Assembly (NCBI GenBank): GCA_964016885.1 | Contig: OZ024742.1 | Span: 99,510,001-99,574,000 of the forward strand | Source: Eledone cirrhosa | Lineage: Eukaryota | Direction: 5' to 3' | DNA length: 64,000 nucleotides | In this document: piece after piece, positions 1 to 16,364 of the stretch | How positions within the stretch are numbered: position 1 is the stretch's first letter | How the letters are laid out: the number at the start of each line of letters is the position of its first letter | Program-made: the position numbers and the translations under genes | The notes under the pieces: model-generated | The model's database searches: none | What the model was told of the DNA's origin: nothing | Seen by the model: only the letters and a program-made list of their open reading frames with translations

Positions 1-654
1 GTGACTACTCCCATCGGGAAACTATTCTTTAGGCTCATTGAAAAACACTTCCCATTACAACACCGCTACCACAACATAATTAACAAAAATACCATCAAAC
101 TCTCTTACAGCACTACACCAAACTTCGCACAAAACATCGTCTCCTCTAACAACAAAAAACTCAACCCCGATGGCAGAAATAACCTAATTAGCAGTGGAGA
201 ACCGACCAGGAGGTGTAACTGCCCGGATAGATCTATTTGCCCACTCGACAATAGATGCAGAGACCGTAATGTGATCTACCAGTGCAACGTGAGGACGGAT
301 ACCTCCAACAAAGCCTATATAGGACTTACCGCATGTGACTTCAAGACCCGGCTATACCAACATAGACATACCTTCCGAAACCCGGCCCGGCGTCACGCCA
401 CTACACTTTCGGGCCACATATGGGACCTCAAGGACAACAACATCACCTATGATCTCACTTGGAGATTACTGTCCAGAGCCAATTCTTACACGGGAGGACG
501 CCGTCCGTGCAATTTATGCTCGGAGGAAACTTTACAAATGCTGTTTTCGACGGACCAACTCCTAAACAAGAAAGATGAACTGGTTACTGCATGTAAACAT
601 AGATTGCGTAGGACTTACCTCGCCCTCAAACCCCATAATGACCCGGGGGGGTAG
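1..654 (+). CDS. Penelope-like element ORF, C-terminal part (Cys linker + GIY-YIG endonuclease), cut by window edge; possibly Hydra-clade
   Basis: Open frame with CNC..CPLDNRC linker, VIYQ..YIGLT..FKTRLYQH (GIY-YIG), CNLCSEE and LLNKKDELVTACKH C-terminus. Clade assignment is from recalled motifs, not phylogeny. Confidence 0.85.
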   Translation: MTTPIGKLFFRLIEKHFPLQHRYHNIINKNTIKLSYSTTPNFAQNIVSSNNKKLNPDGRNNLISSGEPTRRCNCPDRSICPLDNRCRDRNVIYQCNVRTDTSNKAYIGLTACDFKTRLYQHRHTFRNPARRHATTLSGHIWDLKDNNITYDLTWRLLSRANSYTGGRRPCNLCSEETLQMLFSTDQLLNKKDELVTACKHRLRRTYLALKPHNDPGG

Positions 655-1779
655 ACTGGGGCTATAACACCCCAGTTGCCGATTTTGCAATGGGTAACCC
701 CTGCTTGCCAAGGAAGACGTAAGATCTTCTTTGTATTCTTTTATCGCTTCCTTTATTTCCTTCCCCCCTCTCTCCTTTGTCCTTCTACCCCAGCTCTTCT
801 CCTTTGTCGGCGTCTTTTCTCGCCCACCCGAGGCTGCCCTTTGGCCCCATGTAGCCTTAGTACCCCCCCCCCCCCCCTCCCCTAGTCTTTGATAGATTTG
901 GTGGACTCCGCCCTTTATAGCAGTTGGCTTAGACCCCGGATACTTTCCCCCTTTTTCCGACCGCTCCCACTATTCTCTGTGCCCTCTATATTTCTTAGTG
1001 GCACTTATGCCTTATTTTTTCGTTTCAGTATTTCTTGCTTCGCTTTTCTTCTGGGCGGGGTGGATTCTGAATTTATTTCTCCGTATTCTACCTTTATTTC
1101 GTACGAACTTTCATGTAGCTTGTTTTAGATCTTTTAGAGTTAGCATTAGTATATATTTTTCCCGGGACTCAGAATTATTATCTCGTACAAGTTCACTTTG
1201 CTGCACTGGGTCGTTGCTGGCCCGGGATGGAAACTTTTATTGTTTATTTCGTGGTAGTCTCTTTAGTATTTTAGCCCCTTTTGTTGACCCGTCACCGTAT
1301 CATTTACGTACTTATACCTCTTAAAAGGGTCCTTGCCTTATTCGTCACACCTAGTTCTCTTACTTATTTCCTTATTTATTTATTTATTTATTTATTTACT
1401 TCTTTCTTTCTTTCTTTATTTTATTCTCGCCTAACAATAGCCTGACACCTAGGTCGTTGAATTTAATTTACTTTACTTTTTCTTTTTTTTTTCTTTTTCT
1501 TTACACTTATTTGCTTTTCTTCACTCTCAGTATTTTTTCTTTCCTATTTCTACCCCCCATTGTTCTACCTACCGTTCCGACTTCCTCCCCCTCCCCCTCC
1601 CCTGTATCTTCTTTGACCTCATGCCCAGCTGTAGCTGGCACTACCAACGCTTGATTGGGTCTACTCCACCCCCTCCCCTCTTTCTCCTACTGGCAGGTTT
1701 AGTCACCATCTCCCCTACTAATTTGCAACCACAGAATTACTACTGATTTTTGACAATCACTTTGACCATATATGGAATT

Positions 1780-1873
1780 ACCCCTTGAGAAGATCGGCTA
1801 TTTAAATACCAGGATAAATTTTCATTTAGTCCAGAATTAGCCGTCGAAACGGCTTGAGCTCAGCTGTCGGGGT
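1780..1873 (+). ncRNA. Type I hammerhead ribozyme, U3:A8 core variant
   Basis: acccc-TTGAGAA-gatcggcta...tagccgtc-GAAA-cggct..agctg-TC-ggggt. Helix I acccc/ggggt, helix II cggcta/tagccg, helix III hairpin, GUC site. Confidence 0.7.
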
Positions 1874-1883
1874 CTTACTGGTT

Positions 1884-1918
<35 letters not shown>

Positions 1919-2066
1919 CGCAAATGTAGCATACGAGATAAACTGTATTTGTAATTCAAAGGGACATCTTTGTGACACACCTGTCACAATGAATCTGCCG
2001 AAGTATTCCGTTAAGGGTATATGTGTTATCTCCCCCATCCCACATACACACAGACACATACACTCA

Positions 2067-2131
<65 letters not shown>

Positions 2132-3114
2132 ACATATATATATATATATATGTAAAATTCTTTGTCTGTCTGTCTGTCTTTTCCTTATGCATTCTCAAAC
2201 GGATCGACCAAATGAAATCAAATTTTAGAAGGTATTAGACCCCGGAATTAACAGGCACATTTTATTTTCATTTGGATTAAAAAATATAGCTTTTTATCTA
2301 AAAACGGATATTTTATAACACTGCGACGACGACGTCACATTTTGTATATGAGTGTGTACGCGTCTGCGAGCGTGTGTGTGTTTGCGAGATCGCTACGTAC
2401 GTTACGCCTTAGTAAGTTACACACACATTTTCACATAAATGACTCAGAAACATTAGTGTCTGCAGTTTTGTTTGCATGCCAACACATTTATATATATATA
2501 TATATATATAAGGAGGCATTATATGTAATGTATAACGTTGAAAGTGATAGAAAGCTAAACAATGCAACATGGTTTTCACGTTGAGTAAGTAGAACTAGAT
2601 AGTTTTTCTTTTGGCACGATTTCTTTTCTTATTGCTGTTGGTGATAGCGAGGGAGAAAGTAATCGGTTGCAAGAAGCCGCTGTTAGCTAACAGCACGTTG
2701 AAGTAGGGGTTTTGCTCTGGCCAAGATTACTTCCAACCGACCAAATCAAGAACAAGAGGTAAAATCCTATGTAGCTTTTTTAAGTGAGGTAAGGCTTTGC
2801 ATTGGACCAATCCCATTCTCTGAAATTCGAATGCATTTGCCAGAAAGATCCGATCTAAAGCATTAGATGCAAATAAGTCGCAGGTTTTATATCAGAGGGA
2901 CTTTCTCCTAGAGAGATGTCTTAATGAAGACTATGAGTCTCTCACTAGAAAAAAAGAATTAAAAAAACTTTATTGCATAGCTTGTGACTCTCTTGCTAAT
3001 GCTCACTTTTTTCCATTATGGAGGTTCATGGGTAATATTAGAGTATTTCTTGCAATAAATACAGGGTGGAAGTTTTCAATTCTATTTTACAATGAGTGTA
3101 TGTATATATATATA

Positions 3115-3224
<110 letters not shown>

Positions 3225-3285
3225 TGAAAAATAGAATTAGACTCATACATATATGTATTTGTGCGTGTATATGTATATATATATA

Positions 3286-3565
3286 GTGGCTCTGGAGCCA
3301 CTTTTTTAACATAAAACAGGAAGAATTTCCAAAACTGATCAGATTAGAGCAAACATCACGAGCGTTCTATCTCAAAATTATTTTTGAAAAGCATTAGAAA
3401 TGCGCAAACGGTAAAAACTTAAAAATAAAACCGAATACTAACCAATACTTATTACTAATTTATACTTATTCCTAATTAAACTATTTTTCACTGGGAAAAA
3501 TTTGTCACCATTTTCTTTTCCTTTTACTAATATATCACAACTCGTGTGTTACACCTCTATTTTTT
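3286..3565 (+). repeat. Dispersed repeat fragment homologous to 48405-48675 (and inverted to 45548-45790)
   Basis: Shared ctctggagccactttt...aactgatcagattagagcaaacatcacg...caactcgtgtgttacacctcta. Confidence 0.85.
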
Positions 3566-4436
3566 TAAATATATATATATATATAATATGCCAAAAGAGA
3601 TACTGTATTCTTAATTACCCATAATGTGTGTATCGCAAACGCCAAGATCAGACTTTGAAACCAAAAAAGAGATGTAAGTATCCAAGTTGATTGTAACTGA
3701 TTAAAGCTCAGAGCTGATCATTTGTGAAGCACGCGTTTGCGAAAATAATATGTAGAACTGAAAATTTGTTGCCTCCTCCTTCATATATGTGTGTGTGTGT
3801 GAGAGTGTGTGTGTGTGTTGTTGTGTGTCTGCGTGTGTGTGTGTGTTGTTGTGTGTCTGCGTGTGTGTGTGTGCATGCATGTGTGTGTGTGTATATATAT
3901 GCATATATATATATATATATATATATAATAGTTCAATATTAAATGCTTTCGGTGTACTATTCATATGAATGTACTATAATCAATACCACAAGTGTACGAA
4001 TGTATAAGTCCTTGTGTGTATCTCCGTGCGTGCATGCGTGTATGTATGTATGTTCGTCGGCTGAGACGTTTAATGTAGGGAGAATAGACACGTTATCACG
4101 TAATTCTCCAAGAAAATCTACGAGCCTACCATGGACTTACAGGAAGAAGCAGAACGCCCAATCTATGTAAATAAAGGATATTGTGTATTGTAATCACTCA
4201 GCCATACATGCTGGGATCTGCTGGAGTGAATTCCATTGCAAAAGGCTGTTATAAACGGAGAGACATTATTATTTTTCATTGGTTATTACAGCTGAACAGC
4301 CGATACAAAACACAAAGAGAATTGAATCCTTGAACTCAAAGCGATTTCTCGCGATTTCATTTATATTCTATGACTAAAGAAATAAAAAGCAAAAACTGAG
4401 AAACGTTTCAGAAAAATAGGATACAGGGAAGTAGGA

Positions 4437-4693
<257 letters not shown>

Positions 4694-4709
4694 TATTTAT
4701 ATATATATT

Positions 4710-4744
<35 letters not shown>

Positions 4745-4817
4745 TCAGAGAGAGGGAGAGAGAATGAGAGAAAGAGAGAGTGAGAGAGGGAGTGAGATGT
4801 TTATGTGTGTATGTTTG

Positions 4818-4904
<87 letters not shown>

Positions 4905-5254
4905 TAAATATTACCAAAATAAATTCAATATGATAAATTAAAAAAACTAGAAACTCTAATAATAATAATAATAATATTAATAATAATAAAAATAATAAAA
5001 AATGTATTATCATTATTATAATTATTATTGTTGTTACTATTATTATTATTGTTGTTACTATTATTATTATTGTTGTTACTATTATTATTATTGTTGTTAC
5101 TATTATTATTGTTATTAATGATAATGAAGATATAATAAAGGAAATAAAAACATTCTACTAGAAGAAAAATGGAAAATGAAAAATGAAGAAATATACCATG
5201 TATAAAATACTGGAAAGGAAACGAAAATAAAAGACCCACTTGAAAAAACAGAAA

Positions 5255-5640
5255 TACACGCACACCGAAACACGCCAACATAGAGAACATACATACACGC
5301 ATAGACAAACGCACACTGACGAACATAAACACAGACACACACATATATAAACATACCTCACACATACAGACTTACATATACACGTACACCCAAATACGCC
5401 AACATAGAGAACATACATACACGCACAAACACATGCACACTGACGAACATAAACACACACACAGACACACACATATATAAACATACCTCACACATACAGA
5501 CTTACACATACACGTACACCGAAATACGCCAACATAGAGAACATACATACACGCACAGACAAATTCGCACTGACGAACATAAACACACACACAGACACAC
5601 ACATATATAAACATACCTCCCACGTACAGACTTACACATG
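5255..5640. repeat. CA-rich tandem repeat, 3 units of about 122-128 bp
   Basis: acgccaacatagagaacatacatacacgca...ctgacgaacataaacac...cagacttaca recurs three times. Confidence 0.85.
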
Positions 5641-6605
5641 CACAAACTCACACATTCATATATGCATACATACAAACAGACGTAGGAATGCACAAATCAA
5701 GTACACCAGAGCATGATTAAAGAGATAATTCATACACCAACACGCAAACACACATACACACACTGTCAGACACAGGGAGAGAGACACATATGTACGGTAT
5801 AAAAAATATACATACAATAAAAATCATACAATCACATCACTTTCAATTTTCGGAACGCACAACAATTGCAACAATTCACTTTCAAATCGAAGCAATTTTT
5901 TTCTAATAAAGATGTACGGTTTTGCACTGTGCTTGCGTGCAAAACTACTTGTTGCATTTCTGCATTCCTGCATGTCTTCTTCCCTGCTACGTGCATCTCA
6001 GTTTGTACATGTGTCTGTGTATATGTATGTACGTATATGAAATTGAGTAACTGAAGGTGAATGTGGAAGTATTTTTTAGTGGAGGGTGGAATGAAGGAGA
6101 GTCCTGCTGCATCAATGAATAAAAGCTTCACAAGACGATTCCTGCCCGGCAGCCATTTATCAAATAAAGATGTGAGTTTGTTTATTTCTTGTTTAATGTG
6201 GGATGAAGAACGGAAAGAGATGGGGTGCATGGATTGCTGTTGCCTTTGATTATTGTTTTGTGTTGTATTCTCACTTTGCTTTACTAGCCTCCTATACGTC
6301 CAGCTTTTTCGTTACACTCACACACACAACCACGTACACACATGTATATATATATACAAATAAAGAGAGAGAGAGAGAGGGCGAAAGAGTGAGTGAGACT
6401 TAGATCGATCGATCGATAGATGGATAGACAGATAACTCCTACAATTCATAAAGGAACTGGAAAATATTTTATGGCAATAAATTTAATCCAGAATTTGAAT
6501 AATTTGCATCAGCTTTAGCCGAGACACACATTCACAAATATGTATATATATATATATATATGAAAAGTATAGAAATTATTATGAGCAAGAAGCACACAGT
6601 ATTTC

Positions 6606-6697
<92 letters not shown>

Positions 6698-7149
6698 TGT
6701 ATATATAGTGTATTTTGCAATACACTGTATGCTTAATTAATAGCATTTTGAAGACCTTACGCTATTATTTTAAAGTAGTGACTATGTCACTTACTTCTTT
6801 TTTCAGCAAACAAAGAGAGATAAGCTCTCTTTGAAACCAGGTTTACACATTACCCTCTCTATAATGTATCGCATATATGGATCTGTTCAGGATTGCGCAA
6901 ATTTGCGCCTCCCTTACCTAACCCTAGACGAAAAGCGCCAACCACTTTGCTAACACATTGGGGAAAATCTTAAATTCTATGTTTAGCAGAGTTATGTGTA
7001 TGTAGTTGTCTAACATATCCCTCATGTTCCTGCCTTTACTTATCAGCGACACTGAGCTCTAGCTCTCACAGAACAGGGAATACTCTCGTTCCACTATCTG
7101 TTGCAGTAAAGCTCTTCGAGGAGATCAGAAAACAAGTCTGTTATATCTA

Positions 7150-10100
7150 CGTAAGGCTCATAGGGCACACCATCCAAACCGAGTGACTTGCACCTCGTGC
7201 AGCCGATTAAGGGGTCTCAAATCTCTGCTGAAGTTATCGGCATTTCGCAACGCACACCATCGGCCGTCGAGAGACGCGCTATGCCGTCGAGGTAGGGACT
7301 GAACTCTGCCACCATCGCCGACCCCCCCCCCCCACACACACACACTTTCCCCGAACAACAGAGAAAATGTGCTGGCGAAAGGCCTTACACATCTGCCTGG
7401 AGTCGTTCAACTCACGTATGTTTCTGTCCGTAAAAACCGAATACCACGATGCCAGTCTGCCACTCGGTCCCATCGAACAACTTCGGTTCCCCCGTTTCTT
7501 CGAGCCCATGCCTTATGTCATTCTCGTCAGAAGCACGTCAGTTGCTATGCCACTACAAATAGCCTGGTCTAATTTAGCTACCAGCTCACACCAATTTCTA
7601 TTTTTCTCAAACGCTACTTCCATACGTCTATACTAAAATCTATCGAGATTACACTAATATCCTTTTTGAGAGCACTCCACCTGTTGTTGGCGTCCCTCTG
7701 TCAACTTTTGCATAATGAAATTGTTGACCCGGTCCCTGTAGGCTTTGCGTGCCGGAAACGACATGTTCTACTTCCATTAACTAGGTCCTAACCTGTTTTA
7801 TCTAGGTCAACTATGCAGATCACAAACTTGTGATCTGAATAAGCGACCGTTTGAAAATGTGGAAAACCTATACTATCCTTATCTATTGACCTAATAAAAA
7901 TACAATCTATATACGATCTATATGAAACTATGCGCTTGATCCAGGTTCGTACTGGCGCATTAGAGAAATATTATCGGTACCTATCAGTCAGTTGGAACTG
8001 TCTGATTAAGTACATGAGGCTTTTGCACACACACCACTCCTATCAGCTATTTCCACACAATCCCATCATGCGTTTAATATGCCTGTCCAGTCCCCTGTTA
8101 AGAGTACAGACCGAGACATTCCCAGAAAAGCTTCCGGGCGCCTAAAGAATGACCATGTTGGTAAGCTAAAACAGAGATGAAATGTTTACTTATCTTCCGG
8201 GGGTTTGTGGATTTCAGGTGGTTTGATATGCATGGTTGGTCGGGTTTGCTTTGATAACACCTTTAAAGGTCTTGAAGTGTGTTTCATATTCTAAGTTCCC
8301 TCGTCCCGATTAAAGCTCTCTTTAATCCCTTTGTACGCACGAACGACATACATAGCATCATTAGATCCTACGGTACGTGAAATGTGCTGGTGCCGTATAT
8401 TTAGCCTTACTTCTCTATGTCTTGCCTTTGTGCTATCAGGGCCACCAAGTCTTTGTTGGCCCTTCTTATTAGCACAAAGTTGGGTGTCTTGTTTTATTCT
8501 TGTGTTTCTTGTGGTTGTTTCCGTTGGGGGGGGGGGGGGGATTAAGTGTTTGTTGTGTGTATAGTGTCTGCATTTTCTATTGTGGGTGTGTCTGTAATGA
8601 TTTTTTTTGTGGGGGGGTCCTCTTTTGTTTTGTTTATCCTTTCGTTTTGCCTCGTGTTTCTTACTGGAACACGAGGTGTCTTTGCATGTGTGCTGGTGTT
8701 TTTGTTTGTGTCAATGCGTGTATTTTGGGGGAAGTGTGAATTGGATAGCTTTCCCTGTCTTCCACATGGGTGGTTCACGTTGGTGGTGGTGTTTCTTTTT
8801 GTGTTGTTGTTGGTAGTGTTGTTGGTGCTGGGGTTGGTATTGGTCCCGGCACCAGCATCGGCAGCACTGGAGGCTTATCACCCCTTGTGTTTTTTAGCTG
8901 AAGGCAGAACGCTCGCAAATGCGTTGTTTCGCCAGAAGATGAAACCGTTCCACTCTGCCCTCGGTCATTACCTGCAGTGACGGTCCGTTTTTCAGACGGA
9001 TGAGGTCCAAATTTTTTTACGGATCTCAGGCCTGATTTGGAGAAGTATATCCAAGTAAACCCAAGTAAACCACAAATCTTGTCCTCGTGAAATCCTGGGA
9101 ATGATGCAAACTCTTACTATTCTTCTTCCCATGTGGAAGTCGTATATAATGGCTTTGCTGGTTTTGCAAGGGATCACGGTATGATTTTTCACAGCGAAGG
9201 TTTCAGACTAAAATAGTACTGAGATGTTGTCGTATTATCTGTCCCTCGCAGATACTTGGTGTCATCTCTGCTCATTTCTAGCGCAGCTTTAACTTCGGCT
9301 CACGGAGTGATCGCCACTTTGTGTGTCTACACTGAAATGCATCAACGAATCACCGTTCTCTTCTCTAACGCTGCTATGGCCGCTACCGGGACGATTAAGT
9401 TAGCCTAGATTTGCTCTTGTTTAATGAGTTCCATGCCTAGGCCAACCTTTTATATTTTGGGCTTAGGTTCATGGTGAAGCATGGCTTATTTTTTGCCGCT
9501 GCAGCAGCGGAAGAATATTTCTCCTTGTTCAAGTTGGCGTTGCCTACCTTGTTGAACGTCTCATTGTTTTTGGTGGTGTTCTCGTTGTCGTTCTTGGTGT
9601 CGTTGTTGCTGTTGCTGGTGGTTCGTTGTTAATATTTTTGTTTTTGTTGGTGTTTTCGTCATTGCTGTTGGTGTTGGTGGCGTTGTTGTTGTTGTTGCTG
9701 CATTTGTTTCCTTTACATTTTTGTTGGTGCTGTTAATACTTATATTTTCCACGTTGTTGTTTTTGGTGATGTTGCTAGAACCGTTGATGTGTGTTGTGCC
9801 GGTAGTAGTCATATTCTTCATAATGGTGGTGATGGTGGTGGTAGTTTGTGGGGAATGGTGACTTTCCTCTCAACATTTGAGTCGCTGTCATAGGACAGCT
9901 GGCTCAACGTTCGGGGATGGACGCTGACAACGATTTTCATTTTCGAAGTATAAATTTTTCACACAAACTAAATTTCAAATATTTGGGCACGAATCCCAAA
10001 TATTTTGTGGTCTCCTTTGCCCCCCAAAATGATGGTTGTCTAATTACCGCTTAAGAACAAAAGAAAAAAAAACAAACAGAAAAACAACAAAATACAAAAT

Positions 10101-10155
10101 GCACAATATAAATCCACAAACCTAACAGAACTCCGAATTGGACGTCTGCTCAGAC
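7150..10155 (-). pseudogene. Decayed Tx1/L1-like LINE, 5' half (5' UTR, ORF1 remnant, APE endonuclease remnant)
   Basis: Minus-strand remnants: EGR...GETTHLRAFC (degenerate zinc knuckle, about 8900-8960), GDWTGILNA (APE GD-x-N-like, about 8070-8100), DRNIRELNDSRQMCKAFRQH (ORF2-like). Many stops and frameshifts. Confidence 0.5.
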
Positions 10156-10187
10156 CAAACAACAAATATATTAATAATAATAATTGT

Positions 10188-10370
10188 TTCTATATTTGGC
10201 ACAAGGACAGCAATTATCCCAGTGCAGTACTGGTACTTTATTTTATCGACCCCGTAAGGATGAAAGGCAAAGTTAACCTCGACAGGATTTGAACTCAGAT
10301 CGTAAAGGGACGTAACTCTATGCCGCGAAGCATGGTGTCCGACCTTCTACCGTTACTGCCAATCCACCGA
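10188..10370 (-). mobile_element. tRNA-derived SINE, family A
   Basis: Minus strand: A-box-like tggcagtaacgg, B-box gagttcaaatcc, core gcctttcatccttacggggtcgataaaataaagtaccag, tail ttgtgccaaa..agaaacaattatta; multicopy in window. Confidence 0.8.
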
Positions 10371-10664
10371 CGATGACGATGATGACCATAATGATGATGT
10401 TGATAATAGTGATGATGATGATGCCTAAGTTATGATATAATCATGGAGAGTATTGAATTGTATAGTTTTGCTGAATTGTTTTCCTTCCTACACAAGTTCT
10501 GCACCCACTGTTACAAACACTCTAATCCCTTTGCTTTGCATTTGATTCTCATCAAAGATATGTGTGAGTATACGACTCTCTGTGCTCACATATACATTAA
10601 AATGTGTGTATCTCTGTGTATGTGCCTAACTATATGTGTGTATGTGTACATATATATATATATT

Positions 10665-10765
<101 letters not shown>

Positions 10766-11550
10766 AACTATGTATGTATGTATGTATATATGTATATATA
10801 TATGTATATATGTGTGTATCTATGTCAGCATCTGTATATGTATGTATCCCTGGAAGCTTATTGATTAACTGAGGCAAATCTTCTTAATTGGATCTTTACG
10901 TAATATGTCTTCAGATTTTTTCCAGCGTTTTATTTCATTTTAAGTAACATTGTATATTTTGTGTTATGTTTCACTATCAATACTATAACTATAGAAACAG
11001 CAACAAAACAATATAATCGAACCTCAACGAAAAGAACAATGAAGATATATATACAACAAATGGACAACATGTTTGATTACGTTTCCTAGCGGCGCCGAGG
11101 ATTTTCCGAAAATTGTACGAATTTAACCGGATTTTGACTCTCCTCCATTGTTACAGATACACTCAGATAAAAACGTACACATGCACATACAATTATAGGC
11201 AGCTATGTATGTATGTATGTATGTATGTATGTATGTATGTATGTATGTATGTATGTATGTATGTATGTATGTATGTATAATGTATGTATTGCATGTATGT
11301 ACGTATGTACACATGTATGTATGTATATATGTACATATATGCATGTCTGTGTATATGTACATATGTATGTATGTACATATATATATACATGTTTGTATAT
11401 ATGTACATATGTATGTACGTATGCATATATGTACATAAGTATGTATATACATATATATATATATACACACATATATACATATATATACATAAGTATACAT
11501 ATATATACATATATATATATACATATATATATATATACATATATATATAC

Positions 11551-11659
<109 letters not shown>

Positions 11660-11689
11660 CATATATATATATATGTATACATACATACA

Positions 11690-11923
11690 TATATGTATAC
11701 AGACGTACAGTAGTATGTATATATATATATATACATACATGCACACATATATATATGTACATATTATTACGTACATATATATATGTGTGCATGTATGTAT
11801 ATATATATATATATACATACTACTGTACGTCTGTATACATATATGTATGTATGTATACATACTTATATTTAAGTAACAGCCGTACTAAGAGTGTTACATG
11901 AAATTTCGTTTCATTTTTTCCGT

Positions 11924-11925
<2 letters not shown>
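11690..11925. repeat. Inverted fragments of the retrozyme-like family of 51040-52615 (no HHR retained)
   Basis: cagacgtacagtag and tactgtacgtctgtatacat...tactaagagtg...atgaaatttcgtttcat match the 472-bp unit. Confidence 0.75.
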
Positions 11926-12020
<95 letters not shown>

Positions 12021-13025
12021 ATTGATATTGATTTTTATATAAATATAAATAAATATGATTTATGTATTGACTGAAGCCCTGCCTGGAGAAGAAGGATCAG
12101 TGGATTTGCGTTTATTATTGTGCGTGGCAATGTGGTATAAACTCCGTATAATTGTCTGTATAATTGTTTGGTAGTCGAATAGTGTTGAGCCTCGAAATGC
12201 TTCAATGAGAGAAATTGCATTCAAGATCGTTGCGATAGCGCAACGTTAACAACAAGAACGCCATTAATAAAAGCAATAAAATCGACAAATGTATCAACAT
12301 ATATATAGAATGCGCCAGCATATTGATAGATCCTCCGTCGGTTCTGACGATGAGCATTCAGTTGTTTGAGTAACTGACACATCCTACTCGTTAGATTAAA
12401 ATATAACTGGCTGAGTATTCCACAGACCACTATATAATTAACGTAATAACCAGTCAGTTTCACTGTGACGTAATATCTGACAACATTTCATTACAGTTCA
12501 TCACATTAACACTACACTAACACTATACTTCACTTCATAAGATTAGTACACTGAGATTATATTACACACCACCGCATTATTACTAAACTAGCACTTTGTT
12601 ACACAGCGCTACAGTAGCCACACATACACTATACAAACGCTACATTACATTTCATCACAATAACACTGCATTAACACTACACTTACACTATATTACTCTT
12701 CATTAGCTATCTTAATATAACATTGAGACTGTTTAAAAGGTTAGCACACTAACTCTGCATTACACTATTATATTAGCCCTATATTATATATTATCACACT
12801 GACTACACTACTTCAATAACATTACACCACACTTCTTCTCATTTCATTACATTCATTCTAAACTAATGCTAAATCACCCTTCAGTACATTCAATGAAACA
12901 CTGTTAAATAACAGGAATCCTCTAAGTGGTCCCTCGACATATTAGAGATATCAACAAAATCTTCATCAAATTAAACTCTATAATCTATATTATTAAAAAA
13001 AGCTGTTTCTCCGTCAGTCTGCCCG

Positions 13026-13909
<884 letters not shown>

Positions 13910-14414
13910 ATAAGTGAAAGGGGAGGCAACCCCTTTTATAAGTTGAGCGGTGAAAGCAGATAACTTACGTCATGCTTATAGTTTATTGCAAGATTAAGAA
14001 TCTACTTCCGTTAAAGGTAATGAAGTAGAGATCTGTAGAAGGGGGTGGAGATGAGGAGCCTGTAAAGAGAGGAAACCTAGTCATGTTTAAAGAATGGTCA
14101 CATTTTATATTTTGTTCTACATAACCATATAGTAGATAAGATGGTCAAGAGAGGAATGTGTTTTGTCAATATTTGCTAGTTCATAGAGGGTCTAGGGTTG
14201 GAAGGGAAGAACATGATTCCATCTAAAGCGAACCCTTGTGTCACATACAACTTAAAACTATAAAGTCTGGAATGTTTGTATCTTTGCTGCAAAACCAGAC
14301 CGGAACTACAAAAGCGGAAGCGGCAACGTCAACAACTAATACAACAACAACAGCAACAACATTATAACAAAACCAGCAACAAAAACAATAAAACTCAAAA
14401 TAAACATATATGCA

Positions 14415-14602
14415 ATAATTGTTTCTGCTTATGGCACAAGGCCAGAAATTACCCAGTACATTACTGGTACTTTATTTTATCGACCCCGTAACGATGAAAG
14501 GCAAAGTTAACCTTCGGCGGGATTTGAACTCAGAATGGCAAGGGGCGTAACTCTATGCTAGAAAGCATGGCGTCCGACCCTCTACCGATACTGCCAATCC
14601 AA
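14415..14602 (-). mobile_element. tRNA-derived SINE, family A
   Basis: Near-identical layout to 10188-10370. Confidence 0.8.
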
Positions 14603-14807
14603 TGCAATAATAACACCAAGAATAGCGACAAAATTCAAACCAACAACAATATCAAGAACATCAACCCCAATGATATATCATACAAACCATCTAGTTCCCG
14701 ACCATTTACCATATAAATCTGGATCACTCTCTCGATCGCTCTATCGCTCTCTATCTATTTTTCTCTCTCTCTCTCACTCTCTCTCTCACTCTCTCTAAAT
14801 ATATATA

Positions 14808-14883
<76 letters not shown>

Positions 14884-14937
14884 ATATACATACACGCACA
14901 CTCACACACATGCACACACACACAAACATACACACAC

Positions 14938-15010
<73 letters not shown>

Positions 15011-15062
15011 TGTATAATATATATATTTAGATATAAATATATAAATATATGTACATATATAA

Positions 15063-15191
<129 letters not shown>

Positions 15192-15207
15192 TTTATATAT
15201 ATGTGTG

Positions 15208-15329
<122 letters not shown>

Positions 15330-15900
15330 TTCATTTTTTATAACATACATGGTTCTTTCCTTATATTTTTGCTGCAATGTTTTACATCTTTCTAACATAT
15401 TAATTTTATTATTATGCGTAATTGTTATATATTTATTCGGTGGTAATGGTTCTGGTATGATTGGTGATCGCGATATGGTTAAATGGGGTGGATTTTGCGT
15501 ACTCACAATGTTATTGGTCATGTAGTTTTTGTTATTATTGTAGTCTTTCTTCATTTATTTCGAATTTCTTTTGTATACTTCATATACATTTTTTTCAATG
15601 TTATTATTTTTCTTGATGTTTTTGTTGTTGTTATTATTACTATTACTATTATTGTTATTGATATTATCAGTAGTGTTATTTGTTTTTATATTGTTGTTTA
15701 GTGTTGTTTCTATCTTTATTATTTATCTTCAATATCTTTAATACAATTTCCAAAGGGAATATTACTGAAGACTCACATTTATAGTCAAACATACACAAAC
15801 ACACAATGAGACACATATATAAGCATCCACAATATATATTAATATGTATGTATATATATATATATATATAGATATATTATATTATATATTATATATATAA

Positions 15901-15956
<56 letters not shown>

Positions 15957-16139
15957 GTGTGGGTGTGTATGTATATATGTATTAGATATATCTCTATATT
16001 TCTATACAACATATTTATCTCATCCACCGAAACGTGAGTCCTTCATATTGCAAAAATATCACGAAACGCTTTCATTCGATTTGTGTAACAAACACACACA
16101 TACACACGCACACAAGTAAATAGATACGTTAGGTGTATG

Positions 16140-16176
<37 letters not shown>

Positions 16177-16309
16177 ATATTTCTACACACACACACACAC
16201 ACACACTCACACACACACACATACACACACTTACTCACTCACACACACACATACACACACACGCACGCATATATATACTCACGCATATATGTATATATAT
16301 ATATTTATA

Positions 16310-16364
<55 letters not shown>

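Larger units (their letters stand above)
1..1886 (+). mobile_element. PLE 3' portion: ORF end, pyrimidine-rich 3' UTR/pseudo-LTR with HHR, ending at (TA)n
   Basis: GIY-YIG ORF followed by about 1.2 kb C/T-rich sequence, HHR at 1780-1873, then gttcct-(AT)n. Attribution of the whole UTR to this element is inferred. Confidence 0.65.

Noticed and set aside
4360-4420. Possible A3:U8 HHR (ATGACTA...GAAAcgtttc)
   Set aside because: No convincing helix II and register ambiguous
5255-5640. CTGACGA and CGAAA motifs in a tandem repeat suggesting an HHR array
   Set aside because: Intervening CA-rich sequence cannot form helices I-III
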